A stretch of DNA of 64,000 nucleotides from an uncultured Alphaproteobacteria bacterium (GCA_963750975.1 CAVVSX010000016.1:123-64122); one strand, 5' to 3'. Positions 30,708 to 42,476 are shown, counted from the first letter of the stretch. Translations and numbers: made by a program. The notes: generated from the letters alone by a model not told the origin.

Positions 30708-33458
30708 TTACGCCTCGCTAGCAAGCAAAGCCTTGAGGCGGTAAAGGGCTTCTAGAGCTTCCTTCGGCGTCATAGTGTCCGGGCTCAACGCGGCGAGCGT
30801 CTGCTCGACGGCTGAGGTCCGGTCAGGCGTCGTCTCGGCGGGCCCCTGCGCCGCCCTGAACAGCGGCAGGTCGGAGGCGAGATCGGCCGGTTTCGGCCGG
30901 CCGTCGGCCTTCTCCAGCGCGCTCAGGACTTCATTGGCACGGCTCAGCACCGGCGCGGGTAGCCCGGCGAGCTTCGCCACGTGGATGCCGTAGGAGCGGT
31001 CGGCGGCGCCCATGATCACGCGGTAGAGGAAGACGATCTCGTCGCGCCATTCCTTGACCTCGACGGTGGCGTTGGCGGCGAAGTCGAGCTTCTCGGCGAG
31101 CGCCGTCAGCTCGTGATAGTGAGTGGCGAACAGCACGCGTGAGCGGTTCACCGCGTGCAGATATTCGAGCGTGGCCCAGGCGATGGACAGCCCGTCGAAG
31201 GTCGCTGTGCCGCGACCGATCTCGTCGAGTACGACGAAAGACCGCTCGGTCGCCTGATTGAGGATCGAGGCGGTTTCGACCATCTCCACCATGAAGGTGG
31301 AGCGGCCGCGGGCGAGATCGTCGGCGGCGCCGACGCGGCTGAACAGCCGATCGACCACGCCGATATGCGCGCTTCGCGCCGGAACGAAGCAGCCCGACTG
31401 CGCCAGCACGACGATCAGCGCGTTCTGCCGCAGGAAGGTCGATTTGCCGGCCATGTTGGGGCCCGTCACCACGAGCACGCGAGTGCCCTCGCCAAGCGCG
31501 CAATCGTTGCCGACGAAGCTCGCCCCGTCGCTCCGCCGCAAATTCTGCTCGACCATGGGGTGACGGCCTTCCTCGACGGCGAAGACCAGGCTGCCGTCGA
31601 TCCTGGGCCGCACGTAGTTCTCCACGCCCGCAAGCTCGGCAAGGCCGGCGTAATGGTCGAGATCGGCGAGAGCGGCGCTCGCTGCCGCCAACGCGCGCTC
31701 CTCGGCAAGCACGGCTTGGGTGAGCCGCGCGAAAATATCGAGCTCGATGGCGAGCGCGCGATCAGCGGCTTGGGTGATGCGCGCCTCGAGCTCGGCGAGC
31801 TCCGGCGTGGAGAAGCGCACCACGTTGGCGAGGGTCTGGCGGTGGATGAACAGCTCGACATGCGGCGGCTTGGTCAGCACGGCGCCATGCAGCGCGGTGA
31901 CCTCGACGAAATAACCGAGCACGTTGTTGTGACGCACCTTCAGCGATTTGATGCCGGTCGCGTCGGCGTAGGTCGCTTGCAAGCCGGCGATAACCTGGCG
32001 GCTGCCGTCGCGCAAGCGCCGGTGCTCGTCGAGACCGCCGTCGGCGCCGTCGCGGATAAATCCGCCGTCGCGCGCGTTGAGCGGAAGCGTCTCGGCCAGC
32101 GCCGCCGCGAGCGAGTCCTCGATCTCGGCAGGCGCGGCTTCGAGCCGGTCCCGGATGCCGGCAAGCTCTTGCGGCAGGCCGAGGGCGCCCGCGCCCCGGG
32201 TCAGGCTTGCGCCAAGGGCATGCGCCGCGCGAATGGCCGCGCCAACCGCGCCGAGGTCGCGCGGGCCCCCGCGGCCGAGCGCCAGACGCGCCAGCGCACG
32301 GGCAAGATCGGGGGCTTGCTTCAGCTCCTCGCGCAGGCTCTGCCGCAGCCGGGGATCGTCGGCGAGATAGGCGACCGCGTCGAGCCGCGCATTCACCGCT
32401 TGCGGATCGGTGAGCGGGCTGCCCAGTCGGCTGGCAAGCTCGCGCGCGCCAGCCGCGGTGACGGTGCGGTCGATCGCGGTCAGCAGGCTGCCGGCGCGGG
32501 CGCCTTGGTTCGAGCGCATCAGCTCGAGATTGGCGCGCGTGGCGGCATCGATGATGAGCAGACTGCCGGCGCCTTCTTTCCGCGGCGGACGGAGCAGCGG
32601 CGCCTTGCCGACCTGGGTGATCTCGACATAAGTCAGGAGGCCTGCGAGTGCCGCCAGCTCTGCCCGCGTGAATTCGCCGAAGGCATCGAGCGCGGCCACT
32701 CCGAGCCGTTCCTTCAAGGCTCGCTCGCCTCTTTGCGAGTCGAAATGGGCGCGCGGGCAAGGCGTGAGCGCGGCACCCGCCTCCTCGATCAGGCGGCGCA
32801 GCGCGGCATCGCCGGCGAGGTCGTCGCCGGCCAGCACCTCGCCGGGCTTCAGCCGCGCCAGCTCGCCGGAAAGATCGCTAGCGCCGACCGACGAGGCGAT
32901 CAGCTCTCCAGTCGAGATGTCGAGCGACGCGAGGGCGTAGCCCGGCTCGGCTCCCTCCTTGGCGGGCGCGCGGAACAGCGCGGTGAGGAAATTGTGTGCG
33001 CGCGCGTCGAGCAGCGTCTCCTCGGTCAGCGTGCCCGGGGTGACGAGGCGCACCACGTCGCGGCGCACCACCGCCCTTGGTCCGCGCTTCCTGGCCTCCG
33101 CGGGGTCCTCGACCTGCTCGCAGACAGCGACACGGTGCCCACTGGCGATCAGCCGCTGGAGATAGTCGTCGGCGGCATGCACCGGCACGCCGCACATGGG
33201 AATGTCCTCGCCCAGATGCTTGCCGCGCTTGGTCAGCGCGATGCCGAGCGCGCGCGAGGCGATCTCCGCGTCCTGGAAGAACAGCTCGTAGAAATCGCCC
33301 ATGCGATAGAACAGGAGGCAGTCGGCATTGGCCGCCTTGATCTCCAAATATTGGGCGATCATCGGCGTGGCGAGAGACGCCTCCTCCTTGCGAGAGGCGT
33401 TCGGCGTGGCTGTCCCCATGACGGGGCTATCCCCGGCCCTCATTCCCGTCTCGGCCAT
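30708..33458 (-). CDS. mutS: DNA mismatch repair protein MutS (start approximate)
   Basis: [30 protein letters not shown] and FATHY motifs. Confidence 0.96.
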   Translation of the reverse strand: MAETGMRAGDSPVMGTATPNASRKEEASLATPMIAQYLEIKAANADCLLFYRMGDFYELFFQDAEIASRALGIALTKRGKHLGEDIPMCGVPVHAADDYLQRLIASGHRVAVCEQVEDPAEARKRGPRAVVRRDVVRLVTPGTLTEETLLDARAHNFLTALFRAPAKEGAEPGYALASLDISTGELIASSVGASDLSGELARLKPGEVLAGDDLAGDAALRRLIEEAGAALTPCPRAHFDSQRGERALKERLGVAALDAFGEFTRAELAALAGLLTYVEITQVGKAPLLRPPRKEGAGSLLIIDAATRANLELMRSNQGARAGSLLTAIDRTVTAAGARELASRLGSPLTDPQAVNARLDAVAYLADDPRLRQSLREELKQAPDLARALARLALGRGGPRDLGAVGAAIRAAHALGASLTRGAGALGLPQELAGIRDRLEAAPAEIEDSLAAALAETLPLNARDGGFIRDGADGGLDEHRRLRDGSRQVIAGLQATYADATGIKSLKVRHNNVLGYFVEVTALHGAVLTKPPHVELFIHRQTLANVVRFSTPELAELEARITQAADRALAIELDIFARLTQAVLAEERALAAASAALADLDHYAGLAELAGVENYVRPRIDGSLVFAVEEGRHPMVEQNLRRSDGASFVGNDCALGEGTRVLVVTGPNMAGKSTFLRQNALIVVLAQSGCFVPARSAHIGVVDRLFSRVGAADDLARGRSTFMVEMVETASILNQATERSFVVLDEIGRGTATFDGLSIAWATLEYLHAVNRSRVLFATHYHELTALAEKLDFAANATVEVKEWRDEIVFLYRVIMGAADRSYGIHVAKLAGLPAPVLSRANEVLSALEKADGRPKPADLASDLPLFRAAQGPAETTPDRTSAVEQTLAALSPDTMTPKEALEALYRLKALLASEA

Positions 33459-33547
33459 GGGCAAGGCGTAGCTTCTCGCCCTTCGCCGCACAAGGGCATG
33501 GCAGGAAAGGCCTGGGGAAAGGACTTTTCCGCAAGCACGGCCTCCAC

Positions 33548-33605
33548 TTGTTTGAGCATGATCTTGTCGGAAAACCGCTTCACACTTTTCCGGATCATGC
33601 TCTAG
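33548..33605. repeat. Rhizobial palindromic intergenic repeat (MITE/REP-like)
   Basis: Nested inverted repeat GAGCATGATC..CGGAAAA-loop-TTTTCCG-GATCATGCTC-TAG; resembles the widespread Hyphomicrobiales repeat that translates as HDPEK...VFR.DHAQ. Confidence 0.8.
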
Positions 33606-33629
33606 GGTGCCGGGCAATTTCCAACGGGA

Positions 33630-34355
33630 GTGCTTGCCATCGTCCGTCCCTCCAAACGCGCGCCCGACGCGCTTCGCCCGATCAGCTTCGAGCGGGCCGT
33701 ATCGCGCCATGCCGAAGGATCCTGCCTGGTCCGGTTCGGCGATACGCATGTGCTGTGCACCGCGACGGCTGGCGAGCCAGTACCGCCATGGCTCAAGGGC
33801 CAAGGGCGCGGCTGGGTCACGGCGGAATATGGCATGCTGCCCCGCGCTACCTCCGAACGCACGCGCCGCGAGGCCAGCGCCGGCAAGCAGACCGGCCGCA
33901 CCCAAGAGATTCAGCGGCTGATCGGCCGCTCGCTCCGCGCCGTCACCGACCTCACCGCGCTCGGCGAGAAGCAGATCGTAGTCGATTGCGACGTGCTGCA
34001 GGCCGACGGCGGCACCCGCACCGCCTCGATCACCGGCGCCTGGGTGGCGCTGCATGACGCCGTCGCCTGGATGCAGGCGCGCAATATGCTGAAGGCGAAG
34101 GTCCTGCGCGATCACGTCGCCGCCGTCTCCTGCGGACTTTATGCCGGCGAGGCCGTGCTCGATCTCGACTATGCCGAGGATTCCGAAGCCGACGCCGATG
34201 CGAATTTCGTCATGACAGGGTCCGGGGGCATCGTCGAAGTACAGGGCACCGCCGAGACCGACCCGTTCAGCCAGGAGCAGTTCGATCAGTTGATGGCGCT
34301 CGCCCGGCAAGGCATCGCCGAGCTGGTCGCGCTCCAGAAGCTCACCGTCGCTTGA
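33630..34355 (+). CDS. rph: Ribonuclease PH
   Basis: [25 protein letters not shown] and [12 protein letters not shown] motifs. Confidence 0.96.
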   Translation: MLAIVRPSKRAPDALRPISFERAVSRHAEGSCLVRFGDTHVLCTATAGEPVPPWLKGQGRGWVTAEYGMLPRATSERTRREASAGKQTGRTQEIQRLIGRSLRAVTDLTALGEKQIVVDCDVLQADGGTRTASITGAWVALHDAVAWMQARNMLKAKVLRDHVAAVSCGLYAGEAVLDLDYAEDSEADADANFVMTGSGGIVEVQGTAETDPFSQEQFDQLMALARQGIAELVALQKLTVA

Positions 34356-34357
34356 AC

Positions 34358-34957
34358 ATGTCGGTAACGCTCAGGCGCGGCGACAAGCTCGTCATCGCGA
34401 CGCATAACGAAGGCAAGGTAAGAGAGCTCGGCGAGCTGTTCGCGCCGCTCGGCATCGAATGCGTCTCGGCGCAAAGCCTGGGTCTGCCCAAGCCCGAGGA
34501 GACCGGCGACAGCTTCGCCGCGAATGCAGCGCTCAAGGCCGAAGCCGCAGCCGCGGCTTCTGGCATGACAGCGATCGCCGACGATTCGGGACTCGAGGTC
34601 GCGGCGCTTGGCGGCGCACCCGGCATTCACGCGGCCCGCTGGGGCGGACCCGCGAAGGACTTCAGTCTCGCCATGCAGCGCGTGCAACGCGAGCTTGAGG
34701 CAAGCGGCACCGACGAGCGCCGCGCCAACTTCACGTGCGCGCTGGCGGTCGCCGCACCGGGGCATCCGACCCGAACCTTCGAAGGCAAAGTGTTCGGCAC
34801 GCTGGTGTGGCCGCCGCGCGGGACAAGCGGATTCGGCTATGATCCGATCTTCGTGCCGGAAGGCTACAGCGAAACCTTCGGCGAGATGCATCCCGCGAAG
34901 AAGAACGCCATGTCGCACCGCATGCGCGCCTTCGAGAAGCTGATCGTTGGTCTGTGA
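34358..34957 (+). CDS. rdgB: dITP/XTP pyrophosphatase
   Basis: [21 protein letters not shown] and SHR motifs. Confidence 0.95.
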   Translation: MSVTLRRGDKLVIATHNEGKVRELGELFAPLGIECVSAQSLGLPKPEETGDSFAANAALKAEAAAAASGMTAIADDSGLEVAALGGAPGIHAARWGGPAKDFSLAMQRVQRELEASGTDERRANFTCALAVAAPGHPTRTFEGKVFGTLVWPPRGTSGFGYDPIFVPEGYSETFGEMHPAKKNAMSHRMRAFEKLIVGL

Positions 34958-34959
34958 CC

Positions 34960-36109
34960 ATGACGCGTGACGAACCGTTCGGTGTCTACGTGCATTGGCC
35001 GTTCTGCCGGGCCAAGTGCCCGTATTGCGACTTCAACAGCCATGTCCGCCATGGCGGCGTCGACCAGGCGCGGTTCCTCGCCGCTTATCTGCAAGAGCTT
35101 GCGCATTTCGCTTCGCTCGCGCCGGGGCGACGCGTCAGCAGCATCTTCTTCGGCGGCGGCACCCCATCCTTGATGGCGCCGCAGACCGTTGCAGCAATTC
35201 TCGAGGCCATCGCGCGCCATTGGCATTTGCAAAGCGATGCCGAGATCACGCTGGAAGCCAATCCGACCAGCGTCGAGGCCGAGAACTTCGCCGGCTACCG
35301 TTCTGCCGGCATCAACCGGCTGTCGCTCGGCGTGCAAGCGCTCGACGATCAGAGTCTCAAGGCGCTTGGGCGCCAGCACACGGCAGACGAAGCGTTGGCT
35401 GCGCTCGCGCTTGCCAAACGCCATTTCGATCGCGTGTCGTTCGACCTGATCTATGCGCGCGAGGGACAGACGGCGATTGCCTGGGAAGCGGAGCTACGCC
35501 GCGCGCTCGACCATGCCGCCGACCACCTTTCGCTGTATCAGCTCACCATCGAGGACGGCACGCCATTCGCGGCGCTTCATGCCGCCGGCTCGCTGCGCAT
35601 CCCCGACGGCGAGCTGGCGAGCGAGCTTTATGCCCTGACCCAGGAGCTTTGCGAGGTTGCGGGCCTCCCGGCCTATGAGATCTCCAACCATGCGCGGCCG
35701 GGAGCGGAGTCGCGGCACAATCTGCTTTATTGGCGCGGGCATGATTATGCGGGTGTCGGCCCCGGCGCGCATAGCCGCATCACCATAGACGGAGCGAAGC
35801 GCGCGATGTCGGCGATCAAGTCGCCAGAAGCCTGGCTTGCCGAAGTCGAGGCAGCAGGCCATGGCTTGGCCAGCGAGGAGACGTTGAGCGCGGCCGACGC
35901 CGCCGAGGAATATCTGCTGATGGGCCTCAGGCTCAGCGAAGGCATCGATCTTTACCGGCTTGCGGCCCTCGCTGGCAGCGCTCTCGACGAGGTGCGGATC
36001 AGCGCGCTGGAGAGCGAAGGCTTGCTCGCGCGGCGGCGACACACGGCTTGCCGCCACGCCGAAAGGCCGGCTCGTGCTGAACCGGCTGATCCTGGAGCTT
36101 GCCGCCTAG
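34960..36109 (+). CDS. hemW: Radical SAM heme chaperone HemW (frameshift near 36030)
   Basis: HWPFC..KCPYCDFNS, GGGTPS and YEISN motifs; the normal C-terminus RLAATPKGRLVLNRLILELAA* lies in the +1 frame. Confidence 0.9.
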
Positions 36110-37308
36110 TAGGACGAGGCGGTAGCGAAGGAACTCGGCGCCGGGTCGATCACCTGCGGGCCGCCTTCGCGCACTTCGAGAATGGCGAGGCCACGCTCGC
36201 AGGTGCCGTCGGAGAGCAGGCGGAACAGCCCGTCGACGCCGGAGAAGCCGGTCGGCCGCGTGAGCTGCGCGGCCGTGAAGCGCTGACCCGGCGGGTTGGC
36301 CGATAGCGACACGGCGAGACTGATCGCGTCATAAGCGAGGCTGGCGATGCGCGGCGGCGCGCCGCCAAAGGTCTTGGAATAACGCTGCACGAAACTGCTC
36401 CAGCCTTTCGGATCGGGCGCGGGGTACCAGCCGCCGAGCAAAGCCCGGTCGCCGCCGATATTCGGATAATCCCACTGCCCGGTACCGATGAATTGGATGC
36501 GCCCGCTCGAAAGTTGCTCGGAGGCGAGCAGCGGCGCGAGCTCGGGTAGCTCGTCGCGTCCGGCCGGCAGGAACAGCGCATCGACGCCCTGTCCGGATTT
36601 GACAGCGTTGGCGATCTGCCGCACTGGCCCCAGCATGGCGGTCGAGTCGTCAGGCGGGAAGCTCGCGCGTACCGCCGCCTGTCCACCGCCGGACGAGACG
36701 GCGCGCGCGAAGGCCGTCTCGGCGATGCGGCCATAGGCCGACTGCGGGATCAGCTCGGCGAAATTGCGCTTACCCTGCGACAAAGCGTAGGAGACGATGC
36801 GCGGCACGTCGCGGCCCGCGAGAAAGCTCAACAGATAAACGCCGTTGCCGGCGACCTTCTCGTCGCTGGAGAAGGCGATCATGGGCACGCCGCCTTGCCG
36901 CGCCACCGGCGCCGCGGCCGTGACCTCCTGGGCGAATAGCGGGCCGATGATCAGCTCGGCGCCATCGCGCAGCGCGCTCTCCGCCGCGATCCGCGCGCCC
37001 TCGGGCGAGCCCCTAGTGTCCTTGGGGATCAGCGTGACGTTGGGGTTGTCGAAGTCGAACAGCGCAAGCTCGGCCGCCTGCTTCAGCGCCTTGGCCACCG
37101 CGGGCGTCGAGCCCGAGGAGGTGATGGGAAGCAGGACCGCGACCTTCACTGCGCCGGTCGAGCCGGTGATGCCGGGGGAACCGGTGGCGCCGGGTCCGAA
37201 CCCCCCGCCAGGCGCGCCGCAAGCGGTCAGCAGCACGCTTACGAGCAGGCCCGCGAACACGAGCCTCAGCGCTCCCAAGTGACGGTCGATGCTGATTGGC
37301 AGAAGCAT
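36106..37308 (-). CDS. Penicillin-binding protein activator / periplasmic binding-type lipoprotein (LpoA C-terminal-like)
   Basis: Lipobox LTAC; VAVLLP, IIGPLF, LAYDA and GFSGVDGLFR motifs; divergent from rsmI. Confidence 0.8.
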   Translation of the reverse strand: MLLPISIDRHLGALRLVFAGLLVSVLLTACGAPGGGFGPGATGSPGITGSTGAVKVAVLLPITSSGSTPAVAKALKQAAELALFDFDNPNVTLIPKDTRGSPEGARIAAESALRDGAELIIGPLFAQEVTAAAPVARQGGVPMIAFSSDEKVAGNGVYLLSFLAGRDVPRIVSYALSQGKRNFAELIPQSAYGRIAETAFARAVSSGGGQAAVRASFPPDDSTAMLGPVRQIANAVKSGQGVDALFLPAGRDELPELAPLLASEQLSSGRIQFIGTGQWDYPNIGGDRALLGGWYPAPDPKGWSSFVQRYSKTFGGAPPRIASLAYDAISLAVSLSANPPGQRFTAAQLTRPTGFSGVDGLFRLLSDGTCERGLAILEVREGGPQVIDPAPSSFATASSY

Positions 37309-37517
37309 GGCCCCTTCGCTCCAAGGTCGGTCGCGCTCTACCGGCACGTGCCTTGGCCCTTGGCCATAGTCGTAATGGCCAACCCATCACTCAAGTCTTA
37401 AGCCGCTTTGCCCCGCGCGCAAAGCTTGCCCGCAATCATGGCCCAAACGTGATGGACGGAGGCCGGCGATATCCCGTAACGTTTTTGCTTCCTGCCGGCC
37501 TTAAATCGCGGGCGTCC

Positions 37518-38447
37518 GTGCAACATCAGCAAGACAAACAGCAAATCGACGAGGCGACCGGCCTCACCGTGACGCGCGCGGGCGAAGTGCTTGCCGATTT
37601 GATCGCGCGGCCGCTTGCGCCCGGCCTCTATCTGGTGGCGACGCCGATCGGCAATCTCGCCGACATTTCGCTGCGGGCGCTGGCGGTGCTGGCGCGCGCC
37701 GAGCTGATCGCCGCCGAGGACACGCGCCACTCGAAGAAGCTGTTGACGCATTTCGGCCTGCGCGGCGAGCTCACGCCCTATCACGAGCATAATGCCGAGC
37801 GCGAGCGCCCGCGGCTGCTCGCGCGGCTGCGCGCCGGGCAGTCGGTGGCACTGATCTCCGACGCCGGCACGCCGCTGATTTCCGATCCCGGCTACAAGCT
37901 CGTGCGCGAGGCGCTCGATGCCGAGCTGATGGTGACGAGCATCCCCGGCCCCTCGGCGGCGCTGGCCGCGCTGACCAGCGTTGGCCTGCCGACCGACACG
38001 TTCCTGTTCGCAGGATTCCTGCCGCCGAAATCCGGCCCGCGCCGCGCGCGGCTCGAAGAATTGAAAACCGCACCGGCGACGCTGCTTTTCTTCGAGACCG
38101 CGCCGCGGCTCGGCAAGAGCCTCGCCGACATGGCCGCCGTGTTGGGTCCGCGCGAGGCGGCGGTCGCCAAGGAGCTGACCAAGCTGCATGAGAGTCTGAC
38201 ACGCGGGCGGCTCGATGGGCTTGCTGGCGAATTTGCCGATACCGAAACATTGAAAGGCGAGTTGGTGGTGGTGGTGGCGCCGCCGGCGTGCGATGCCACC
38301 GAGCCCAGCGATGAGATGATCGCCGAGCAGCTCGAGAAAGCGCTCAAGGTCGAGAGCTTCCGCGATGCCGTGCGCTCGGTCGCCGAGGTGCTCAATGTCG
38401 GACGCGCGCGCGTCTACGAGCTCGGACTCAAGCTGAAGCGCGATTGA
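37518..38447 (+). CDS. rsmI: 16S rRNA (cytidine1402-2'-O)-methyltransferase (start approximate)
   Basis: LYLVATPIGNL, AEDTR, SDAGTPLISDPG and ELTKLHE motifs. Confidence 0.95.
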   Translation: MQHQQDKQQIDEATGLTVTRAGEVLADLIARPLAPGLYLVATPIGNLADISLRALAVLARAELIAAEDTRHSKKLLTHFGLRGELTPYHEHNAERERPRLLARLRAGQSVALISDAGTPLISDPGYKLVREALDAELMVTSIPGPSAALAALTSVGLPTDTFLFAGFLPPKSGPRRARLEELKTAPATLLFFETAPRLGKSLADMAAVLGPREAAVAKELTKLHESLTRGRLDGLAGEFADTETLKGELVVVVAPPACDATEPSDEMIAEQLEKALKVESFRDAVRSVAEVLNVGRARVYELGLKLKRD

Positions 38448-38449
38448 GC

Positions 38450-38812
38450 ATGCGCGAGAGCAGGGTCAAAGCCTACCGCCGCGGCGTGTTCGCCGAGACG
38501 GTCACGGCGCTCTTGCTCCGCCTCAAGGGCTACGCAATCGTGGCGCGGCGCTACAAGACCCCGGTCGGCGAGATCGACCTGGTCGCGCTGAAGGGCAGGC
38601 GGCTCGCCTTCATCGAGGTGAAGCGGCGCAAGACGCAAGCGGATGCCGCCTGGACGCTACCCGCCAAGCAGCGGCGGCGCATCATCAGGGCCGCGCAATA
38701 TTGGCTCGCCGGGCATCCCGATTATGCGGGCCACGACATTGCTTTCGACGTGGTGCTGGCGGCGCCTTGGGCGTGGCCGCGCTATATCGAGAACGCCTTT
38801 TCCGTGGCATAA
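38450..38812 (+). CDS. yraN: YraN family (UPF0102) endonuclease-like protein
   Basis: GEIDLVA and FIEVK motifs; position after rsmI. Confidence 0.88.
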   Translation: MRESRVKAYRRGVFAETVTALLLRLKGYAIVARRYKTPVGEIDLVALKGRRLAFIEVKRRKTQADAAWTLPAKQRRRIIRAAQYWLAGHPDYAGHDIAFDVVLAAPWAWPRYIENAFSVA

Positions 38813-38821
38813 GGGCGCGCC

Positions 38822-39790
38822 ATGGCCCTCAAAGTCGCCTTCCAGATGGACCCGATCGAGCGCATCGATATCAGGGGCGATTCCACCTTCGCGCTGCTGC
38901 TCGAAGCGCAATGGCGCGGGCATGACGTGTTCTATTACACGCCGAACAATCTCTCGCTACGCGACGGCAGGCTGATCGCCGAAGGTCACAGCCTCACCGT
39001 CGAGGACAAACCCGGCGCGCATTACCGACTGGCGCATCCCCGCAGTGTCGACCTCGCCGAATATGACGTGGTGCAGCTGCGGCAGGATCCGCCGTTCGAC
39101 ATGGCCTATATCACCACCACGCATCTGCTCGAACGGCTGCAACCCCACACGGTCGTGGTCAACGATCCGGCCGCCGTGCGCAACGCGCCGGAGAAGGTGT
39201 TCGTGCTCGATTTTCTCGACCTGATGCCCCCGACCCTCGTCACCCGCGCGCCCGAGCAGATCCGCGCCTTTCGCGACAAGCACAAGGACATCGTGGTGAA
39301 GCCGCTTTACGGCAATGGCGGCGCGGCGATCTTCCGCATCAAGCCGGGCGACACCAATCTCAATTCACTGATCGAGCTGATGGGCATCAGCTTCCGCGAG
39401 CCGATCATGGTGCAGCGCTATCTCCCCGAGGTGCGCGAGGGCGACAAGCGCATCATCCTGGTCGACGGCGAGATCGCCGGCGCCATCAATCGCGTGCCGG
39501 CGAAGGACGAGACGCGCTCCAATCTGCATGTCGGCGGCACGGCGCAACCGACCACGCTGACCAAGCGCGACAAGGAAATCTGCGCGCGGCTCGGGCCAGA
39601 GCTGAAGAAACGCGGGCTGATCTTCACCGGCATCGACGTGATCGGCGATTGCCTTACCGAGATCAACGTCACCTCCCCCACCGGCATCCGGCAGATCGCC
39701 CAGTTCGGCGGCGCCGACATCGCCGCCATGATCTGGGACGTGGTGGAGAAGAAGGTGAAGGCCGAACGGCGCAAGGCCCGCGCGAAGTGA
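38822..39790 (+). CDS. gshB: Glutathione synthetase
   Basis: [19 protein letters not shown] and EINVTSPTG motifs. Confidence 0.96.
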   Translation: MALKVAFQMDPIERIDIRGDSTFALLLEAQWRGHDVFYYTPNNLSLRDGRLIAEGHSLTVEDKPGAHYRLAHPRSVDLAEYDVVQLRQDPPFDMAYITTTHLLERLQPHTVVVNDPAAVRNAPEKVFVLDFLDLMPPTLVTRAPEQIRAFRDKHKDIVVKPLYGNGGAAIFRIKPGDTNLNSLIELMGISFREPIMVQRYLPEVREGDKRIILVDGEIAGAINRVPAKDETRSNLHVGGTAQPTTLTKRDKEICARLGPELKKRGLIFTGIDVIGDCLTEINVTSPTGIRQIAQFGGADIAAMIWDVVEKKVKAERRKARAK

Positions 39791-39795
39791 CCGCC

Positions 39796-40269
39796 TCAGC
39801 TCGGCTTGGCGCGCTTTCGGCTCGGTGGCCGCTTCTTTGGCTGTGGCGCGGCTGAAGGCTTTGTTTCCTGGCTAGCAGAAGCCCGCGGGCGCCGCCGGAA
39901 GAAAGCGCTCCAGGCGTGCGGAACGAGCCCCGCGCCCCAGCCGAGCGCCACCCAATAGAACCACCAGACTTTCGGCGTCACGGTCAGGTTGACGAGAAGC
40001 AGCAGCAGCACCGTCGCCACATAGGCGAAGAGATGCACGGTGAAGCTGCGTGTGCATTTATCGATGAAGACGCGCTCGCGCCGATGCGTCATGCGCAACA
40101 GTAGCGCCAGCGCATGCGTCGCCACGGCGATGCCCCAGCCCATCAGCACCCACGGCCACCAGAGCGTGCCCGGCGTAAGCCAGTGATTGACGCCGGCGCA
40201 AATGAGCGTGACCGCGACATAGGCCGCGAGATGGGCGAGGAAGATGCGCATCGACGGGTCTTTGAACAT
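39796..40269 (-). CDS. Tandem 2TM-domain membrane protein
   Basis: Two repeats of HL.AYV...N..TP..WW..W...GWG...HA. Confidence 0.75.
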   Translation of the reverse strand: MFKDPSMRIFLAHLAAYVAVTLICAGVNHWLTPGTLWWPWVLMGWGIAVATHALALLLRMTHRRERVFIDKCTRSFTVHLFAYVATVLLLLLVNLTVTPKVWWFYWVALGWGAGLVPHAWSAFFRRRPRASASQETKPSAAPQPKKRPPSRKRAKPS

Positions 40270-40375
40270 GCTGCGACCTCTTGCTGTCCAAGCTTCCAGT
40301 CTAGGCTACAAGTTGTGACGGCTTGGCGCCTTGATCGAGAACAAGCCCAAGGCGCAGGCAGAAAGGCACGATCAC

Positions 40376-40756
40376 ATGCAAGGATGGGAAGTGCTGGTTG
40401 TCGTTCTGATCGCAACCTCCGTCACCCTGCCCGCGGTGATGCGCCAATGGCAGACCGACCGCTCGGGTGTCGGCAGGACGCTGTGGTTGGCCGCCCTTTA
40501 CCTTGCCTATGTCGGACTCGGTATCGCGCTGTTGTTCTGGTTGGTGCCGCGAGCGGGCGCTGCTGGAACCGGCGAGGACAAGGCGCTCGAGCTGACCCTC
40601 GCCATGTTCGGCTGGATTCTCTACGGCGCGCTGATCCTGATGCGATCGGTGCCGCGCTATCGCGAGCCGCCCGCGTGGCTGATGCGCTTCGGCATCGCCG
40701 ATTTCGTCCTCATCGCTCTGACCGTCTTCTGCGTAGGCGCTTTTCTTTGGTCTTGA
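40376..40756 (+). CDS. Hypothetical membrane protein (about 4 TM)
   Basis: Hydrophobic ORF with typical codon usage; start uncertain (40331 or 40376). Confidence 0.6.
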   Translation: MQGWEVLVVVLIATSVTLPAVMRQWQTDRSGVGRTLWLAALYLAYVGLGIALLFWLVPRAGAAGTGEDKALELTLAMFGWILYGALILMRSVPRYREPPAWLMRFGIADFVLIALTVFCVGAFLWS

Positions 40757-40768
40757 ATGGCTCTGGAT

Positions 40769-40783
40769 GTTCTCTTATTGTTC
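40769..40783. promoter_or_regulatory. Alphaproteobacterial LexA (SOS) box
   Basis: Exact GTTC-N7-GTTC (GTTCtcttattGTTC), about 57 bp upstream of the comM/yifB ATG. Confidence 0.75.
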
Positions 40784-40839
40784 TTGCCGAGCGCCGGGGT
40801 TTGGCTAGAATGAGGGGAGCTTGGACGGGGGTTTCGGCG

Positions 40840-42377
40840 ATGTTCGCGCGGGTCACGACGGTCGCTTTCGAAGGCATCGAAGCGCGCGCCGTCGACGTGC
40901 AAATCCAGATCGGACCCGGGCCTCCCCGCTTTCACCATTGTCGGGCTCCCGGATAAGGCCGTGGCGGAAAGCCGCGAGCGGGTGCGCGGCGCGCTGAACG
41001 CCATCGGGCTCGCGCTGCCGCCCAAGCGCATCACCGTCAATCTCGCCCCCGCCGACCTGCCGAAAGAGGGCAGCCATTACGACCTCCCCATCGCGCTTGG
41101 GCTGATGGCGGCGACCGGCGCCATCGCCCGGGACGCCATCGAAGGCTTCTGCGTGCTCGGCGAATTGTCGCTCGACGGCTCGATCGCCACCGTGGCCGGC
41201 GCCCTGCCCGCGGCGATCGGCGCCAACGCGCTCGGCAAGGGGCTGATCTGCCCGGCCTCGTGTGGGGCCGAAGCGGCATGGGCCGCCGCCGACATGACGA
41301 TCCTCGCGCCGCAAGACCTGTTGCAACTGGTCAATCACTTCAAGGGATTGCAGAGCCTGCGCGCGGCCGCAGCCGACGCCCGACCCGGGCGATGCGGCGA
41401 TGCCGGACCTGAAGGACATCAAAGGCCAGGAAACGGCCAAGCGCGCGCTCGAAGTCGCCGCCGCCGGCGGGCATCATTTGTTGATGATCGGGCCGCCCGG
41501 CGCCGGCAAGTCGATGCTCGCGCGGCGGCTGCCCGTCGATCCTGCCGCCGCTCGAACCCTCCGAGATGCTGGAAGTGAGCATGATCCGCAGCCTCGCCGG
41601 CGATCTCGCCGGCGGGCGGATCGGCAGGGCGCGGCCGTTCCGCGCGCCGCATCATTCGGCGAGCATGGCGGCTCTGGTCGGCGGCGGCACGCGGCCGCGA
41701 CCGGGCGAGGCGGCGCTCGCCCATCTCGGCGTGCTGTTCCTCGACGAGCTGCCCGAGTTCCACCCGCAAGTGCTGGACGCGCTGCGCCAGCCGCTGGAGA
41801 CGGGCGAGACGGTGATCGCGCGCGCCAATCATCGCATTTCCTATCCGTCGCGCATCCAGCTGATCGCGGCGATGAATCCCTGCCGCTGCGGCCGCGCCGG
41901 CGAGCCCGGCTATGTCTGCCGCCAGGGGAGAGCTTGCGCCGAGCGCTATCAGGCGCGCATCTCCGGTCCGATGCTCGACCGCATCGACCTGCAGATCGAG
42001 GTGCCGGCCGTCTCGGCCGCCGACCTCGTGCTGCCGCAAGCCTCGGAGGGCAGCGCCGAGGTGCGCGCGCGCGTCACTAGGCTCGCCGCCTGCAGATCGA
42101 ACGTTACGCCGCGCTCGGGCTTGCCCGCATCCGCACCAACGCCGAATGCGATGGCGCCATGCTGGAGGAGATCGCCGCGCCCGACCGCGCCGGGCTGACG
42201 CTGCTGCGCGAGGCCGCCGACGCGCTGAGCTTGAGCGCGCGCGGCTACCACCGCTCGCTGCGCGTGGCGCGCACGCTGGCCGATCTCGACGGCGAGGATG
42301 CCGTCGCCCGCATCCATATCGCCGAAGCCTTGAGCTATCGCGGCGAGACCTTGCGCCGGGCGCAAGTCGCCGCCTGA
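40840..42377 (+). CDS. comM: YifB/ComM Mg-chelatase-like AAA+ ATPase, four frameshifts (near 40920, 41360, 41533, 42078); assembly error or pseudogene
   Basis: Fragments [46 protein letters not shown] and SARGYHR lie in successive frames. Confidence 0.85.
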
Positions 42378-42476
42378 GCCCGTGCCACACTAAGCCATTG
42401 AATATAAGACGTTTTTTGCGCACGTCGCGCGCGTCTGCGGGCCGGCTCAAGGCTTTCTCAAACATTCTCTGCTTGA

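Noticed and set aside
31155-33605. Long + strand ORF opposite mutS, and similar long antisense ORFs opposite glnD, the kinase, ku and ligD
   Set aside because: Shadow ORFs expected at high GC; no recognisable motifs
30708-34310. 1200-aa MutS with a long N-terminal extension
   Set aside because: The extension is the antisense of rph plus the palindromic repeat; MutS homology begins near 33460-33370
34954-36306. HemW with a C-terminal extension overlapping the convergent gene
   Set aside because: Frameshift artefact; the normal terminus lies in the +1 frame ending at 36109
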